Below, one piece after another: positions 1 to 15,400 of a stretch of DNA of 64,000 nt. Both the position numbers and the translations under genes were made by a program. The notes under the pieces were generated by a model. That model had not been told where the DNA came from. It saw only the letters and a list, made by a program, of their open reading frames with translations, and ran no database searches. Source of the DNA: Tubulanus polymorphus (lineage: Eukaryota > Animalia > Nemertea); NCBI RefSeq assembly GCF_964204645.1, contig NC_134025.1:29368299-29432298 (forward strand), read 5' to 3'. Numbering within the stretch: the first letter of the stretch is position 1; each line of letters begins with the position of its first letter.

Positions 1-3000
1 TCAAAACTCGGAATGAGATTCCTGATTAAAGGAATAACATAAGTTTGAATAAGCTAATAACATGTTTTATTTGACGTATGAAAGACGGTTTCGTCAGGAT
101 GCCAGTGTAAACATCTTATTGATATTAATGTCGCGCAATATTACATCGATGTAACGTTATCCGTTTTATATCGAATGCTTACGCTAACGCTGTAATACAA
201 GCTGTTTACCGATTCGATCCGATGAAACGTGAACTATCCGATATTTTTGGGGAGAGGTTGATATTTTCTGTCTGCTGTTTGGTTTTAAGTATAAACTACC
301 TTTGAATAATTAACAACGGATAAATCATTATGGCTGATTAGATAGACTGTCTCTACGTGGAGCCCCATTATTTTGATCCATTTTTCTTCCTGAAAATGAG
401 TAATGAGTTCCAATAATGTAACGTTTTAGTGAAATAGTCGATTCTATTCTTTATCAGTGTCATAATGTATTCACATTATAGAACTCTTTCTAAACACTCT
501 ATGGCATCATCACATTGTCTGCTTGTGATTGAATGCTTGGGATCATCTAACCAATCATTTGTGATTTCAAATGATTTCATTGGGAGATTTGCAAGACGAC
601 TATCATTTTATAGGTAGGTCCTATACTGAGGTACGTAAGATAATTGATTATCCGTGAACTTTCTTTTTGAAAATGTTAAACTTTACGCCTGAGTTCCGGA
701 ACTGAAAAGGACGTGTTTACTTCGCGTTGATTGGCTGGTTGGCTAATAGCACGAGGGCGGCGCCACCGGCTGGTGCTATGTTGCCCGCCGGGAGAAGGAC
801 TTCATTTTCTGTCGCAAAAATGCTGATGAGCAACTGGTCATTCGCACATCTTTTGTTTTTCGCGTAGAACGAACTTCCGAAGAGATGATTTTTCGAATGT
901 CAACTTTCTCACCAGATAGATGTTAATCGTACAGCGAGAATAATCATGAAGATTCTTTTCTTGCTCGTAAAACTTTTTTTTTTTCTGCAGAATCATAGAT
1001 CATGATCTGAATGAAAGGAAGAAATGCAATTTCTACAGATGAAGCGTGGCACTCGTGACAGAAAGTGATTTCGCTGTGTATCTTGTTGATCATGTATTAT
1101 TAGTTTATTAGATTATATCTATATCTAATTCGTAGCTACATGAGACTAGAAGATTAATGAGCCTCGGTGTCAGCAGATATAGATATATGCGGATTATTCA
1201 TACGTTAAACTGACGAGAATTTATCTCCGATTAACGTTATTATAACTGAAGTAGAATTCATCTCTGAATTATTTCATATGTATTCAAAGTTTATAAGAAT
1301 AATTGCAATATAAATCTCATTTTCTAATCACATAGTTTGTTAACACGGCAGTTCTCAGAATCATATCTCCTCACTTGGTGATATCCATAACCATAACAAT
1401 AAAATGAATGAAACTATAGTATGAACAGTAAGGAGCTATTAAACTAAGTGATTTAACTGTGTATATAAACTATCGTTTAAAGTCATTATTTCTAATTAAA
1501 CTGATATCTACGTATGCTAGTTCTTTACATAATCGAATCATTTTAAAATCACTGTTTGATTTCATTTCAAGTATTTGATTTCATTTTCAGTATGTCTTGT
1601 CTTGATATAATTGTTAAGAGAATTCATGGATATTTTGCTCAAGTCCTGGCGACCGCTCAACGATGTTCATAATCGTCGCATTTAATTGATTGATAGACGA
1701 AGGTAATTCTTTGAGCGTCTCCGAATTGTAATCCGTAACATTTGTTACAAGCAGTAATCCATTGTTTGCATTCACAAGCTGATTACACCGACCGGTGTAT
1801 CAATGAATTCATTGCATCCATTCATTTCCGGCAACTAAAAGCAACACGTGGAATTACATGGAAAATCGCACCATAACATCAACTTATACAAGTGTGTCTT
1901 CTTCGTAAACGCAGCACGAAAGATCAGAAATGAAATGATTATGTAAGAAAACTACGTTGCTATGTTATAGCAGGATCGTTATAGCAATTCGCTAGGTTTG
2001 CACGTTTGTAGAAAGAATATTCGTTTAGTCTTTTTCTCGTATATCCAGATCGTTGCTCGAATAGCTTTCTCGCTTTCTGTCGCCTGTATTCTTAATAATG
2101 CCTGAGGTAAAAAGACGATGTTTGAACTCAGCAGTTGTTTCGCTCGGAAGACGGTTTCACATTTAATAAAGATATTTTCGCTGTCACGACTGTTACGATG
2201 CTGTTGATACGATTTATTGCCTAGCTACTGCTTGACAAGCGAAATTCGAGTTATCATATTTAACAGACTATTTAGGTAAGTAAACGACCCGCTAAAAAGA
2301 AAGTTTTCACAAAGTTTTGATCAGAAAGTAAATTTTTCTTTTTCATTTATCCATGCAAATGTTGTATGTTTCATTTCGGTGAATGTGAGAGATTGACTTC
2401 CCTAAGCAGATCATCTAAAAATAAATGAATTGGATTGAAAATGATGATAAATTACACCCAATTGATAGAAAATCTTTGATACAACTTGCGCCAAGTGTTT
2501 TCGATGTACATGTATATACGTCTCCAGTTCGCATTGCTGGAATACCGATTTTTTGATACTTTTTCGGCCTGTCTTCAGAGGGATTGATGGATTAGGCATC
2601 GCCACATGATAAATAACAATCACTTTATCAGTACGCTCGATTTCTTCCGTCATAAATACCCAGTAGCTTATAGCAGATTCTCGCAGATTGTGTCCTGTAT
2701 TAATGAACATCGTTCCACGCTGTGTTACTGTCGTTCTGATAAAGTTTGTCTCTCGAGAATCTTCGGGGCAATCATTAAAACTATCACACTTAAGAAGTGA
2801 AAAGACCCGAGGAGCCGGTATTCAGTAACCGGATATTATGCGGTTGGTTTCGGGTGTTTTAGCGATGTTTTTGTAATTTGCGCTGACGTCTTACGCCGGG
2901 CCTCGGGAAATGATTTTACCGGGTGGCGAATTTCTTCAGATCCTGAGGGGTTTTCGTAATAATTCGAACATTAAGATCATCCCATCGATTTTGTGAGTTA

Positions 3001-4821
3001 TTTTTTTTTCCAAATATAACACAATCAATATCGCTTTCAACGCCGGGACCCATGCACCGTAAAGTATGACATGTTTGTTCGCTAAAGAACATCGTCTTAA
3101 CGTTGTAACAAAAAATGATTGATTAGACCAATTCGGCTTGAACATCTTATCATCTAGACAGGCATTTTCATCGCAACAGCTTGGTCAAGAGGCTTATGCA
3201 GTGGTTTAATTAATTTGGTCTAATCGCACTGGCGCCGATTATCATTAGGGACACGAAAGGAAATCTGCATTTAGCTTTATAAGATCACGCCACAGTATTC
3301 ACATGCCGAGGGATTAACGTGGTCAGAATTACAGTCATTGTTTCGGTATAAATGTTTTCTTTGCATCCCTGAATTATTCATGAACTTCGTAGTAACAACA
3401 AACAGACGAAATGTGTCCTTCAAATGTACGTGATCGACTCTATTAGGTAGATTCATTCGGTCGCCCATACAACAGCTAAAGTAAAACCCGTATCAAGATT
3501 GGGCAGGTGTTTCACGGACCACGAAATAGCGTTTATATCAGCTTTTATTACGCTAGACATTTCTCGAATATAATACGTCTACGATCAGACAGACCCTCTG
3601 CATATTCTAAAGCATTAATATCGATAAAGAACTTCACATATAATCCCCGACTTACGGTTTGAATTCGATTGAAGCGGTATCCAATTTTGTTCATAAAAGG
3701 CATAATGATGAAAATGTGGAAATTCACCATGCGCTGTTGCAATGGTCGCAGGGGGTGTATCTGTATCATTAGTGTTGCGGGTTAGTTTGGTTACCTTGCA
3801 ACGAGGCAATATCTAACAGTAAATCGTGCCACATAGCCGTCATCGAGAGACGTTTAAACCCGATTAAAACGCAATGATTTATTTCACGTTCAGCTTCTAC
3901 CTCGTAATTAGCCATGAACCCCGCTGATTTACAGTTGTCACGAATAGCTCTTTCAAAATGGATGTATGAAAACTTGCAGACTCCAAACATTGTTACTCTG
4001 GGACCCGTTTCTTGAATAAATAACGAACATCATTGACCTACGTATTTCAAGTAAATGCATTTTAACCACATGAGCAAAACAGATGAAAGAAGAATTTGAT
4101 GGTCTAATATAAATGTCATTCTCTCAATCTACTGGACAAGTAACGGTTGATAGCATTTCAGCAGACTTCAACATATCAGCTTTAGATAAGATCATGTGAG
4201 AAGATGCTGCAAGTAGCCGATATTCAATTTATAACAGCATTCGTTTGGGAAAACAAATTTCACGCGGGGGGCCATACCAACCTCAAGCGGGATAATGCAA
4301 TTTCTACTTGCTCGTTCGTGTAAAGCTTAGATAAACTAATTTATAACCAATAAAACGGCTCGTTCTCGGAAGACATTTCGGTAAGAAATAGTTTTTACTT
4401 CAGGAATCAGACTTTACAGTCTATATATAACTTGACAGTTACTACAGAGGAAATGCATGACGTCACAAATATCGTTCATTCCACGTGGCATATCAGACGC
4501 ATTTTCTCAATAGTACAACTTTTGGTGTTAATTAGTGTTAATTCCCGTTAATTACTGATCTGTGATACGCATGAGCGAGGGGTGCTGATCTTCACGTAAT
4601 TTTCAAGGCAATTTCAAAAAAATTTATTTTCAAAATCAAAGCCCAGCGTTAGAGAATTGCCAAGTGCAATGCACTTCCGGCTCTTAACTAACCTTATAAG
4701 CCTTGGCTTAACCCCGACCCTCGGGGCCCGATACTCTAACCATTTACATCCGTAATCTAGTCCAGCACCCAGCAGACGGCGCTAGTAGTAAATCGCGGTC
4801 AAATTGGAATTGACACCAGCC

Positions 4822-5061
4822 CATCCTCGCTTGCCAGGGTTCCCCTTAGCGCCAACCAGTCTAGGCATTAAGCAAATCAGATGCGAAATATTCGCTCTAC
4901 CACCCTAATTGGCTAGATGTATAGACTGGTGAGCGGTGAGCGGGAACCTGTCCGCCCAAGAAATCATGAGCAGTGTAATAGACGAATGTAGGGTTTGCGG
5001 CTAGGGTTTGTTTTTCGCGTGAGCTTCAGCGGAGGCAATCAAACCCTGGCAGGCGAGGATG
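4822..5061. mobile_element. 240-bp non-autonomous DNA transposon (MITE) with 20-bp TIRs and an imperfect 9-bp TSD
   Basis: CATCCTCGCTTGCCAGGGTT (4822-4841) vs AACCCTGGCAGGCGAGGATG (5042-5061), 19/20 inverted match. Flanks ACACCAGCC / ACAATAGCC (7/9). A 15-bp copy of the TIR recurs at 28395-28409. Confidence 0.8.
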
Positions 5062-8000
5062 ACAATAGCCGTTATTTTGTAACAAACGTCCGCGGCATCA
5101 GAAATGGAGCTACTCTGAGCTGAACACCTGTATCAAGGGTGAGTGGATCGCAACGTGTCTTTTACTCGCGGGTCTAAGCTGATCAAAACAATGATAAAAA
5201 TGCGATGGGATTCCTGAGAGACTGAATGGTATTTAAACCCAGTGGTTCATACTTTCGATCGACTGGCGCAATTATGGATGTGATCCATGCACTGATATTT
5301 CTACAAAACACCCACACACGAAGTATGCCTATCCGATGTTTATCCTATCGAAATGCAATATTTGACCAAACAATCAAGACTTTTTCTGGCCATCGCAATT
5401 ACGATAACATATGTACCATGTTTATGTCAACTTTTATTTGTCCGAGATCAGAGTTCCGAGTTTTATTTGCACGAACAACCGGCGAAATATTCTTTCGAAT
5501 AAAGCAAACGCCGAATCCATGAGTGACTCGAGTATAAATGGACAACGCAGAATTCATTGCACGCAACCTGATATAATGATCTATGCTGGAGGTTTCAGAG
5601 AATGATTATGCTCGGTCCTGAATCATTAGCGAGAAAAAACGAGATCAGGTAAAATAAATCTCAAGTTGAAGGACCGCCATAAATATCGTACACATGATGC
5701 CATGATTGCCAATCAGTATTGGAGACTTGCCACACAGCGCGCAGTGACACCTATTGAGTTCGGCCGTCAATGTGGCATCATCGCGACAAACGGCTGCATA
5801 ACCTCTATAAAAATTACGAACGTCCCTGATAATCCTGTAACAATGTTGAATATTCTAAATAAGTCGATGATGTATTCAGGTGACAGTACGGCATTAATAT
5901 GTCTGATGAAGTCGTGTGATGTGAAAGGAAACGTTGATTCGCGTCGTCCAATCATAACATCATTTAATGACGTAAATAACTCAATAATCCACATAGCTTC
6001 ATAAAGAATATCTACAAATTACCATATTATAACAGCATGAATAAGTTACTCATGAAAGGATGATTACAGTCTCCTCGTTTGTGCTTTCGAGGTATTCCCT
6101 AGATATGAACCGGTATTATTGCTAGAATGGTACATGTAGTGCTTTTTCGCTTTGTACAAAAAGGGCATATTTTGTGATAAAACATTTTCGATGGTTGGTT
6201 TCCATAGACAAGTATAGCTATTTCAATTGGTGAATAATCCACATTTAAATTTTTCGAATTCAGTCGAAACGACACCCTTCTTAGATATTTTTTGTGTGAA
6301 ATTGTGGACATGTTTTCTTTATAGATGTGATACTTTATAAGATGATCTAATTAGCCCAGTTCCAGCCGTCGGTAATTGTTGATAGAACAGGTCAGTGACA
6401 CACGTTGTGCGCAGTTAAATTGATGGATTATGCGCTGAAACAAAGTTACTGTCACTTCACTAACACTGGATGCGTTTTCACGTCGAATGACTGCTCAAAT
6501 CTAACACTGTGTAAAACTGTCTCGATTCATTTTCGCGAAGCACTTGTCGTCAACACAACAAACATGAGTCAGATAATTTTCACAAACATCGTCCTTCATC
6601 GATATATAGCATTGTTTATAACCAAAAACACCGTATCGTACGGCGTTACTGAATTAATATGGACCGATTTTGATAAAATCATTCACGTATTGATGTCTTT
6701 GTTTAACGAGTACAAACTGACAAACGACTGGGAAAATGAAGTGGGTATTTGACGTAGATGACCCCGAAAGCGCTCTCCAGCCCTGGACACTAGCGGAATA
6801 CATTCATCATTTTCTGATGTCACATCGATCACTGATCTTTCGATACTCCTTAAAGCGTCCAGTCGAACTAATGTACACTACACGATGATGAATAAAATCC
6901 CCGTGACAGCCAATTAATGAGAGAACGGAATATAGGCCGCGTACGTGGTCTTTCAGGAAACAAAATTGCACAAACGCACACAAAAATTGAGTCGACGTTT
7001 TGTTATCCCGGCGTCTCACGAACATTTCGCAAATTACATTCCTTTAGGACGTACAGCCAATAGTTCTCAAGGATACGTCGCACTCATTATAACAGTTAAA
7101 AGAGAAGTTAATCTCAACAAGTTCAATATTGTATTTATCCGTAAGCATGGTCTTTGTTGGCAGAAGAAATCAATGTAGAAGCCTTGTGCTCTTTCCTCAC
7201 CAGTTTTCCAATATCTTGCACATATTATCATATATTCACCAGCAGAAAAATGAAATTCGATCTCTTTAGTACAACGTCACGAGTCTGTCAATGTAATTTC
7301 AGCTGCATATATACCAGAGACAACAATTCCTCTGAGCCCCTGTTTTTATTCCCTGCCATTTATGGTAAATCAAAGTTCTACACAAAAGAGGCTACTAATA
7401 CATTTGAATCATGATAAAGTAATGACTTATTGTTTGGCGTGGATCATCCTTATTCCAGTGAGATTGAGATATAGAGGTTGATCACGATTTGACGCGTCAT
7501 ATTGACCATCAAAATGGTACCGCAATTTTTCATTTCAAAAAGTCGCTCGGCGACCGAGCTCTGTGGGTGATTAAACTCATGGAGCGGAATGAAATGAGGA
7601 AGGCTATATTGATTGTTCATAGATAACGTTTTTTGTCCCTGGTGCCTCGTCTTTTCCCGCTCAAGGGCTTGAAATGTATGTCTTTTCTCGGCACCTTTGA
7701 ATGACTAATCTAAATATATTGTGTCTTATTATACGTCGATACTCATAATGTATGGCTAACCGTATCGCACTTTCTTTTCGCTTATTCATCAATGATTCTA
7801 GTTTTCCGGAACCGAACCGGAATCAGCCACAGGCAACACATTCTCCATTTACGTTCACTTAGCGTCAAACGCAGAACGAGCGACGTTCCAGAAAATGTCT
7901 GAACCAATTAATAACTGAAGTTTCTGTATCTTATCGAGCCACGTGTATCGAAACACCGGCCTACCTACAATCTCTTAAAGAGCTTACGTGTATTTTACAT

Positions 8001-9350
8001 TTAGCTGAAATGAAGATGCGAGAGTTTTAGAAATGAATTGAGACAAAGCTATTTTCGAATAATCTTCAATTTGCCAATGAGTTTGAATTCCGACTAAAAA
8101 TGTTTCTCGCGATGAGGATTTAAATATTGAGCCGGTATCTTCAAAAGAATCGTTGTGAAAATCAGCATTTCAAACGCGTACATTATTTGCATGCAATATG
8201 GAGACTGGAGACTGTAGGTTGTATATTGTATGTTAGATTCATCTATTATTGAGTTTATTGGCGTTCCGATAAACGAAGTACTAAGCGCAAAAATACGGGC
8301 GGTATTAACAGTGCTTGCCATGAATATTTCAAACAACAGATGAAGTGAAAATGCGCATTTTGGGGTTTTTTGAAGAAAGCAATCGACAAGAGATTATATG
8401 ACGTTTATTTGATCATATTTATCAAAGGTGTCACACTATAAGCTAATGGCCTGGTGTTAAAATCGCGTGTTTCCGATTCGCGTGTGTATAACTTACTTAT
8501 TGGTAAATGATAAACTACTACAAACTAAAATTGACGGAGACACATTTATTTATATACTTCAGTTATAAACCGTTTACGAACAAGAAACAGACGATTTCAT
8601 TAAAAAACGATGAATGATCGTGAAGTGATTGTAAACTAAACAAATAGAATACAGGATTTCATACGTGGTGAATAACTTTCCACAAGCAAGACGGCACACC
8701 ATATACCATTCTACCACTTGAACAAGAATGTGGCAAAGCATTTTTTCATGAATATGTTTGTACCAGTGACAGGCATCAAAAAGGTAGCGACCAAAAGTGT
8801 ATAAAGACAATAATTGCCCTGCGGCGATGGCAGGCATAAGAAAATGAGTGTGTAAGAAATGTGCCGGTACAAATTAGCGTTTAACAAGCCCCCTTCTACC
8901 GTCTACTTGGAAGAGTACAAAAAGTGACGTGAGTCTCGAACTAAGTAGGGGATAGACTACAGCATGGGGTCTGATTATGTCTACTGTAATAATGATGCAT
9001 CTCAGCTTCCTGACTTTCGAATGGTTGAAACATTTATAGGATATCTCAAGAGATGACATTAGAGGCGGCTGATTGTTGTCTCTCCAATACGTGCATTGGG
9101 AAAAAAAACAAGTATGATTTGGCGCCGTCGATGCCAGAATATCCTATTTGTGAAATACGTGAAAAATGTTATATATCGAAAACTATCTATTATTATCTAT
9201 TGAGGTGTAATGCCGAGGTTTTGTGTAGCCTAATGTACTTCGATGAAATTACAATGACCGACCGATATATCACCTACTGTTAATTTCATTTATTATTTAG
9301 AGGGCAACACCTTACTGTCTGCGAAGATCCGGTGAGTTAATTGGAAAAAA

Positions 9351-9439
9351 TGCGATACGTTCGGAGCGACCGTTTACGCCGGAAATGATGGTTTGCTATA
9401 CGTTCGGAGCGACCCGTGTTCTCGGCAGGGAGGGGTTAA
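9351..9439. mobile_element. piggyBac-like transposon end (solo terminus with subterminal direct repeats)
   Basis: Ends GGCAGGGAGGGG|TTAA (TTAA at 9436-9439); 21-bp direct repeat TGC(G/T)ATACGTTCGGAGCGACC at 9351 and 9394; no partner end found. Confidence 0.45.
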
Positions 9440-12400
9440 CACGACGTTATGGACACCTTCGTCGAGGGGACCAGAAAGTAATTTCTATTTCAAGAATTCA
9501 CGTAATTTCCGCGTCTAATGGCGTGTTAATTGTACTATAACTCAATCTAGCACGTACTGATCTGAGAACGCCTCGCTGTCGGAGAGCTCAACTGCCTCCC
9601 TTTACCAAACGAGCAATGACTACCGGGCACAAATGTTATCATTGTTTCTCGTTCTTACTGGAGGCGTTAGTGAGATTAATACGGCTTTATGGAACACGTC
9701 AGGTGCAGTTTCTCTGAAGCGCTAGACAATTTTCAACAGTTATAATCCCCGATTATAAATGATCAATCAAAATTGCATTACAGTTCGTCATTTAGGTTTA
9801 GGTGGACCAGGACAGCTGCCAAAATCGTGTCTGGTTCGTACTTGCGATTTTTATCAAAATTACCTTCGGAAATCAGAGATGAAAAATGCGATGATTTATC
9901 ATCGGCAATAATCATTATAACCGTCAGACACACGGATATCAAAACTATAACAGGAACTTTCGCGTCGCACAAAATTAACTTTTCCGTGAAATATACCGCT
10001 TTCATTGCAGCTCTGTGCACAGAATGTAAATATCAGGGTGAATTCGATGGGAAGATTAGGATCTATTGGATTAGGTCAACATGCCAAAAGCGGAAAGATA
10101 AATATAAATTTGTGTATCCAGCATAATTTTGAATACTTTATCGGTCGATGTTTAACTCAAATCATCACGAAAACATGTTTGGACGAGACGAGCTGATCGT
10201 TATATAGCCGACATGCTGGTGTTTATTAAAACCAGGAAGGATTTCCTATAATCTGCTCGGGAAACTGCAAACTAAGCCTCCCCTCAGGTTCTAACAAATT
10301 GGCGAGTGGTCAAATGCAAGTTTCGGCGTTCATAATGCACCGAGACGAAAATAATTATAAGATCGCACGACACGAAATGATATTGCGCTCCTTATGGTGT
10401 TTACATCGTTATTATTACTATGTCGTGTTACGTGCACGAATGAGGAAGTCTTGGGTCATTAGATTTGCTCGGCTGTACCGTATGACTCGTAGAGCCGGGT
10501 ATAATTAAGATCTATATCCTGGGGACATCATTGAGAGAAAAATGAAATTCATGATTCCTAAATAATGTTCCACGTATGCGTACTGTCTGTGACATTGTAC
10601 ACCGTGATTGAATATAGATGCGTAAGAAATGTCTTTACGTAAGATGATATAAATCTGACCAGACCAAAACATCGGATCAGGCCTGTGCCATATTTTAGCA
10701 TGGGTCAAATAACTACGCACTGACGCTAACTGGTTCTGGAAATATATCCCCTCACTTTGATAGCGTAAGGTATGAGCGAGAGATTTACATCAGAACGCAC
10801 TTTTTAATTGCGTAAGAACCGAATTTGACTCGGGTCCGAGCCGGTTTTACTCGGGCCAAATCGTCTCAGTGAGATCTCGGCTATCACTAGAATCACATTG
10901 CATGCGTAGATCAGATTTTCCGGAAAATGCATTACCTCCGAGTCTAACGTAGAACTGTTTAAATGCATGCAACAATGCGGCAATTAAAACATCGTCGAAA
11001 TAGTTGAACAGCGATGGATGAACCACACGCAATACGCGTAGGCGTTTTTAATCGATGCATGAGTAACTCACTCATTTCGAGTCCCCAACCGCCCTTTAAA
11101 CACTTAAAAAGCGACGGATTATTACTTATAATTGAGTTAAAAGCTTTCAACTTTTGGCATGATTAATTGCTTCCTGGTTCGAGGAAATGTTATCGATGTT
11201 AGAGTTTGTTTTTCAGCGTCCAATTATTTGTTTCATCAAATAAACAATTCCCATTCGGTGACTTTGTTCACGGATTGAGCGTCGCGCGTCAAGTGACAAA
11301 ATCTGGTGACGTTTCTAAAATGTTGCCTATTTTCAAATTTAAATTATCCAACTTTATTTGGATTATATTTGGATTATATACACAGGTGAAACAAGAACAA
11401 GCCCAGACGAACGAGTAAGAGTATTCCACTACGTTAATCTCGACTAGAAATAAATCAGAAGAGTCTTAATTAATGGATAGTTAGATCGACTATTCGTGAA
11501 GAAGTGAGCAGACCGTTCGATCCATTACACCAGTCATACATCATCACAGAACGGCGTCGAGAAGTCAACATACGTTTAATTGACTGCAAGAAGAAGTTAT
11601 TGATGATTCGGATATAGTGATTCCAGCGCCGGTCCATTCACTCTCGCTCTTAACATTTTGTCATATTTTGTTATGCGCTGTTTTACTTTTTAAGCCTCGT
11701 GATAGATTCGTTTAAGATTGTAGGAACAATGTTATTCTAGCAAGGAAATACTGCAGCGATAAAGCGGAGGATAATGTGACGCTGGTATATCCGCCAGCAT
11801 TGCAGCTAATGCGCCCGGACTGTTTGACTAAGCTTAGCGACAATCCATAAAATAACTATTTAACAAATAACCGAAGCGAATATCTGTCTCGCTTGAACAC
11901 GTTAAATGTTCTATAACGATGTGAAAATAATCTCGAATAAATTCATTCGCTAATCTCGCCATTACGCGATAAGAGTTTAATCGCGTTTACTTCGATGTAT
12001 TTCACGCTGAATCGATCCAGCTTCGAACGGAAGTTTTACCAAATGATGTGAATACGCATTGGCGCCGGGCGTTTAAAAGAATTGATCACCATTCTCAATC
12101 AAATTTATGATCCTTCGGAAAGGGAACGTCATTCTCCGCTTGTGGTGACGCAAGATTAATCGCCAGTAACGTTAAACTAGGCGTTATTTCATAACAGCAT
12201 GTATAGTAATACGATATCCTCTTGTCGGAAGCTGACTGCTGCCGTGAGTTATGCCGATTTAAGGTCTTTTCGATTTCGTATGTAATTCCCTGAGATTAGG
12301 TTGGCAATAGATTTTTGAAAAACGGATTATACAACTAATGAAAACTAGCTTTATCGCGCAAAAACGGTCATTATCAGTAACCAATCTGCGATAAGTTATC

Positions 12401-15400
12401 CCCAAGAGTCTATCAGTCAGTGTATGAAAAATGAAAAAAATTAGTGGGAGGGTACGAGCCGTACTTAACCGAAATCTTCAGTCTTCAGAGGAAAATGAAG
12501 AAAAGACATAGGAATTAAATCTATACTTCCATCTAATTGAAAACATTCATTAGATCTTTTACCAAACGTGATTATAACTTAAATTCAACACTAAAAACAC
12601 TCATGGTAACTATACTTACATCTTACACCAAACATCTTCATTAATTATTCGTAATTCCTTAATTAGATATGCAAATGATGTCACCTAATTAACTCTCGGT
12701 TGTAACGCGCGTATCCTAGAAAAGCACCCAAACGCAAATCAGTTTTATCGTCGACGCATCCAAGACGCGGAATCAAATTCTTAAATTGATTTGAATATCT
12801 TGGTCAGATTGCGGACAGAAAACTCACAGCGACATTTTCACGACAAAACTTGCGAGCAGTGACAGACGGCGTGCTACATTCCGGTTAGACGCGACATCAC
12901 CAAAACAAACTTCAATATATTCCCGCTGCTCGTAACTTACGTGCTCAAAAAACCGTTTGTCACGCAATCAACATTCTCTTACGAAGAGATTTCGTTTGAA
13001 GATTGAAATGATATCATTTAGAAGTGATCGACGCAGTGAATGCATGTGCCCAGGCGAACACGGAACTGATTACACGGCTTCAGGGCCGGTAAGATGATAA
13101 TGATTTATAGCGAGGGCTATCACCACCGCTTCAGCGGCTAGAAATGAAAGCAAACATACAACGGTATAATATCATATTGTCGCAGAAGTGTTACAAGTTA
13201 TAGCATTTTTGTTTGTCTTTTCTGTAACGCATGAATGTACCATTTGGAGGATTCAGTCCTCCGAGTGATGTCGGATGCGTATAGGGGTTGCTCCGATATT
13301 TACACACACTGTCGAATCCGGTGGCGCGCAGCAGCTCCAAGCAATAACACAGTTACTAATCAAGACTGATTAAAAATTCTATATTATGGCTGTGACACCT
13401 GTGCAATTAGTAAATGTTTAATTTCCATTAGGAAATTGACGGGTTGAGTATGGAAACATTGGCGAGTATATCGACGTCGTGGACGAACAATCCTCTGAAA
13501 TTCATCTGAAAATCAGTTATAAATTTTGATTGATAATAGTTGATGTAAATCATTGATTTTACGGTCGATCGTGAGAAATGAGTCTGCATCTGTTTAATTA
13601 CACGAGTTGTTGCTGAACGGAGATTACCGAGAACCAACGAATTTCGATTTTCAGCAGCGGAAACGATAAATCTTTGAGACGGCAGGTATTCGACTGCAAC
13701 CGAGAGAAAAGTCTCCCCCGTTCGAATAGAATCAAATAAATACGATATTATCAATAGGAAGGATGACATTTTGTCTTATCTTATCTTTGAATCTGATAGA
13801 GAAGCATTTTGTCCTAATCTTTACAGCATCGAAAAAATATTCACAACTGTTTTTGTTATTTTGAAACGCCAATATTGATGACGTATTAGCACGCATCGAC
13901 TAACACTCTACCCCCAGACAACGCAGTTTACAATGTATAAGAATACTTTTGTTCTTTACGACGTCGAAAAAAAATCTTAGCCAAGATTTTCGCGTTTTTT
14001 TTACATCACACGACGAGTCGATAATTTCCGATATCTTCTTGGTAAATCTTTCAGTAATCATTTGCTTTGCCTATACACAATCATTAGCCCGCAGATATGG
14101 AAATGGCTAATTAAGTTAGTTACGTAGCTTTCATTGCGTCCGATTGTGTAACTACTCGTAGGATTGGTATTTAATTCGATTTTCCCACGAATCGCCGCCC
14201 GTGTTTACCTAGCATATAACTACGTTTGAATTTGAATTCAGTTTTTACAAAGAAACTGATGTTGTCTCTAGGTAAAGCACTGTCTACAGCCTCGAGTTAC
14301 AATATACTCTTCACGCAGTTCGATAGATTCCTTTTCAAAAATCAGAAATCCGTGCTCGTTAAATCCTCAAAATTCACAAGACTTCATCCGCACCGAAACT
14401 TTTCTTTCATCTTCTTTCGTTCAACGAAATTTCCTGAAGCTATATTTCAGATCGTATACCTGAGTTTGAATTTGCCACCGGAGCGAATTTATTGCCCGAT
14501 TTGAACATAAAATTTCAGCTGGAATGTGAAAAATGTAGTAACGCTACAAATCACACACGGAGCATCGAATGGGATATCGAAATTGAACTTTTATTGAGAA
14601 AATCTGCCCCGGTTTACGAGGAAGAGCTTGACCTTGATTTTCACAATAATCAGCAATCGACTCTCAAGGCCACAGCGCGACCTTCACTTCCATTAAATCC
14701 TAGCTGGCGTCGTATAATCTCGTATTTCGGCGTTGTCTTAAACTATCGGATGAATGCAGGCGTTCTAATTAAAGTCTCGCTTTTGTCGTGTTGCATTTCC
14801 TAAACCCATGTTTTAACCTAGAATTGGTGACTGTTTTTGATGCGAAAATCCGCATTAGACTCAATCAGATCGAGTTGAACGAGCTGGAAAATTGGGTACG
14901 TTCACGAATCGTTCGTCCTCGTTCTAAACGATACACCGGCGTCAAATACGGCAAATTAGCACACGTTACTATTTATCATTTTAAACAGTAAGATGAATTT
15001 TTGTATTCAGACGGAAATTCTGAAAACGAAGTAGATTCTGAGAAATGCATGATCAATTCAAATGATAAATGAAGATGATTGGTGTCTCTATCTCCGCGGC
15101 ATCTTCCGTGCGCTTTATTACCGCTTCATCAAAAGCGAAATTATTTAGTTCCGTTTCCGTCGCTGTTTTTCAAAGCAGAACTCCCGGGATGGAAGAGTCA
15201 TTAGAAATGAAATGTTTTGAAATTAGTTGCATTAGTTTATACGGCTTGAATTATACCCATCATACATATTTCACTTTTCGTATTCCAAATATTGGCAAAA
15301 GGCATTAAGTCTGCCAAACGGTTTTTCCTTCACTGTATAAACATCTTTGTCAGCAAATTTCACGTCATGCTTAACAAATCGCACGATTATTTTTGCAAAG

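Noticed and set aside
9864-10013. Minus-strand candidate exon with ATG, hydrophobic stretch VPVIVLISVCLTVIMIIA and a phase-1 donor
   Set aside because: I could not find any convincing downstream exon to continue it.
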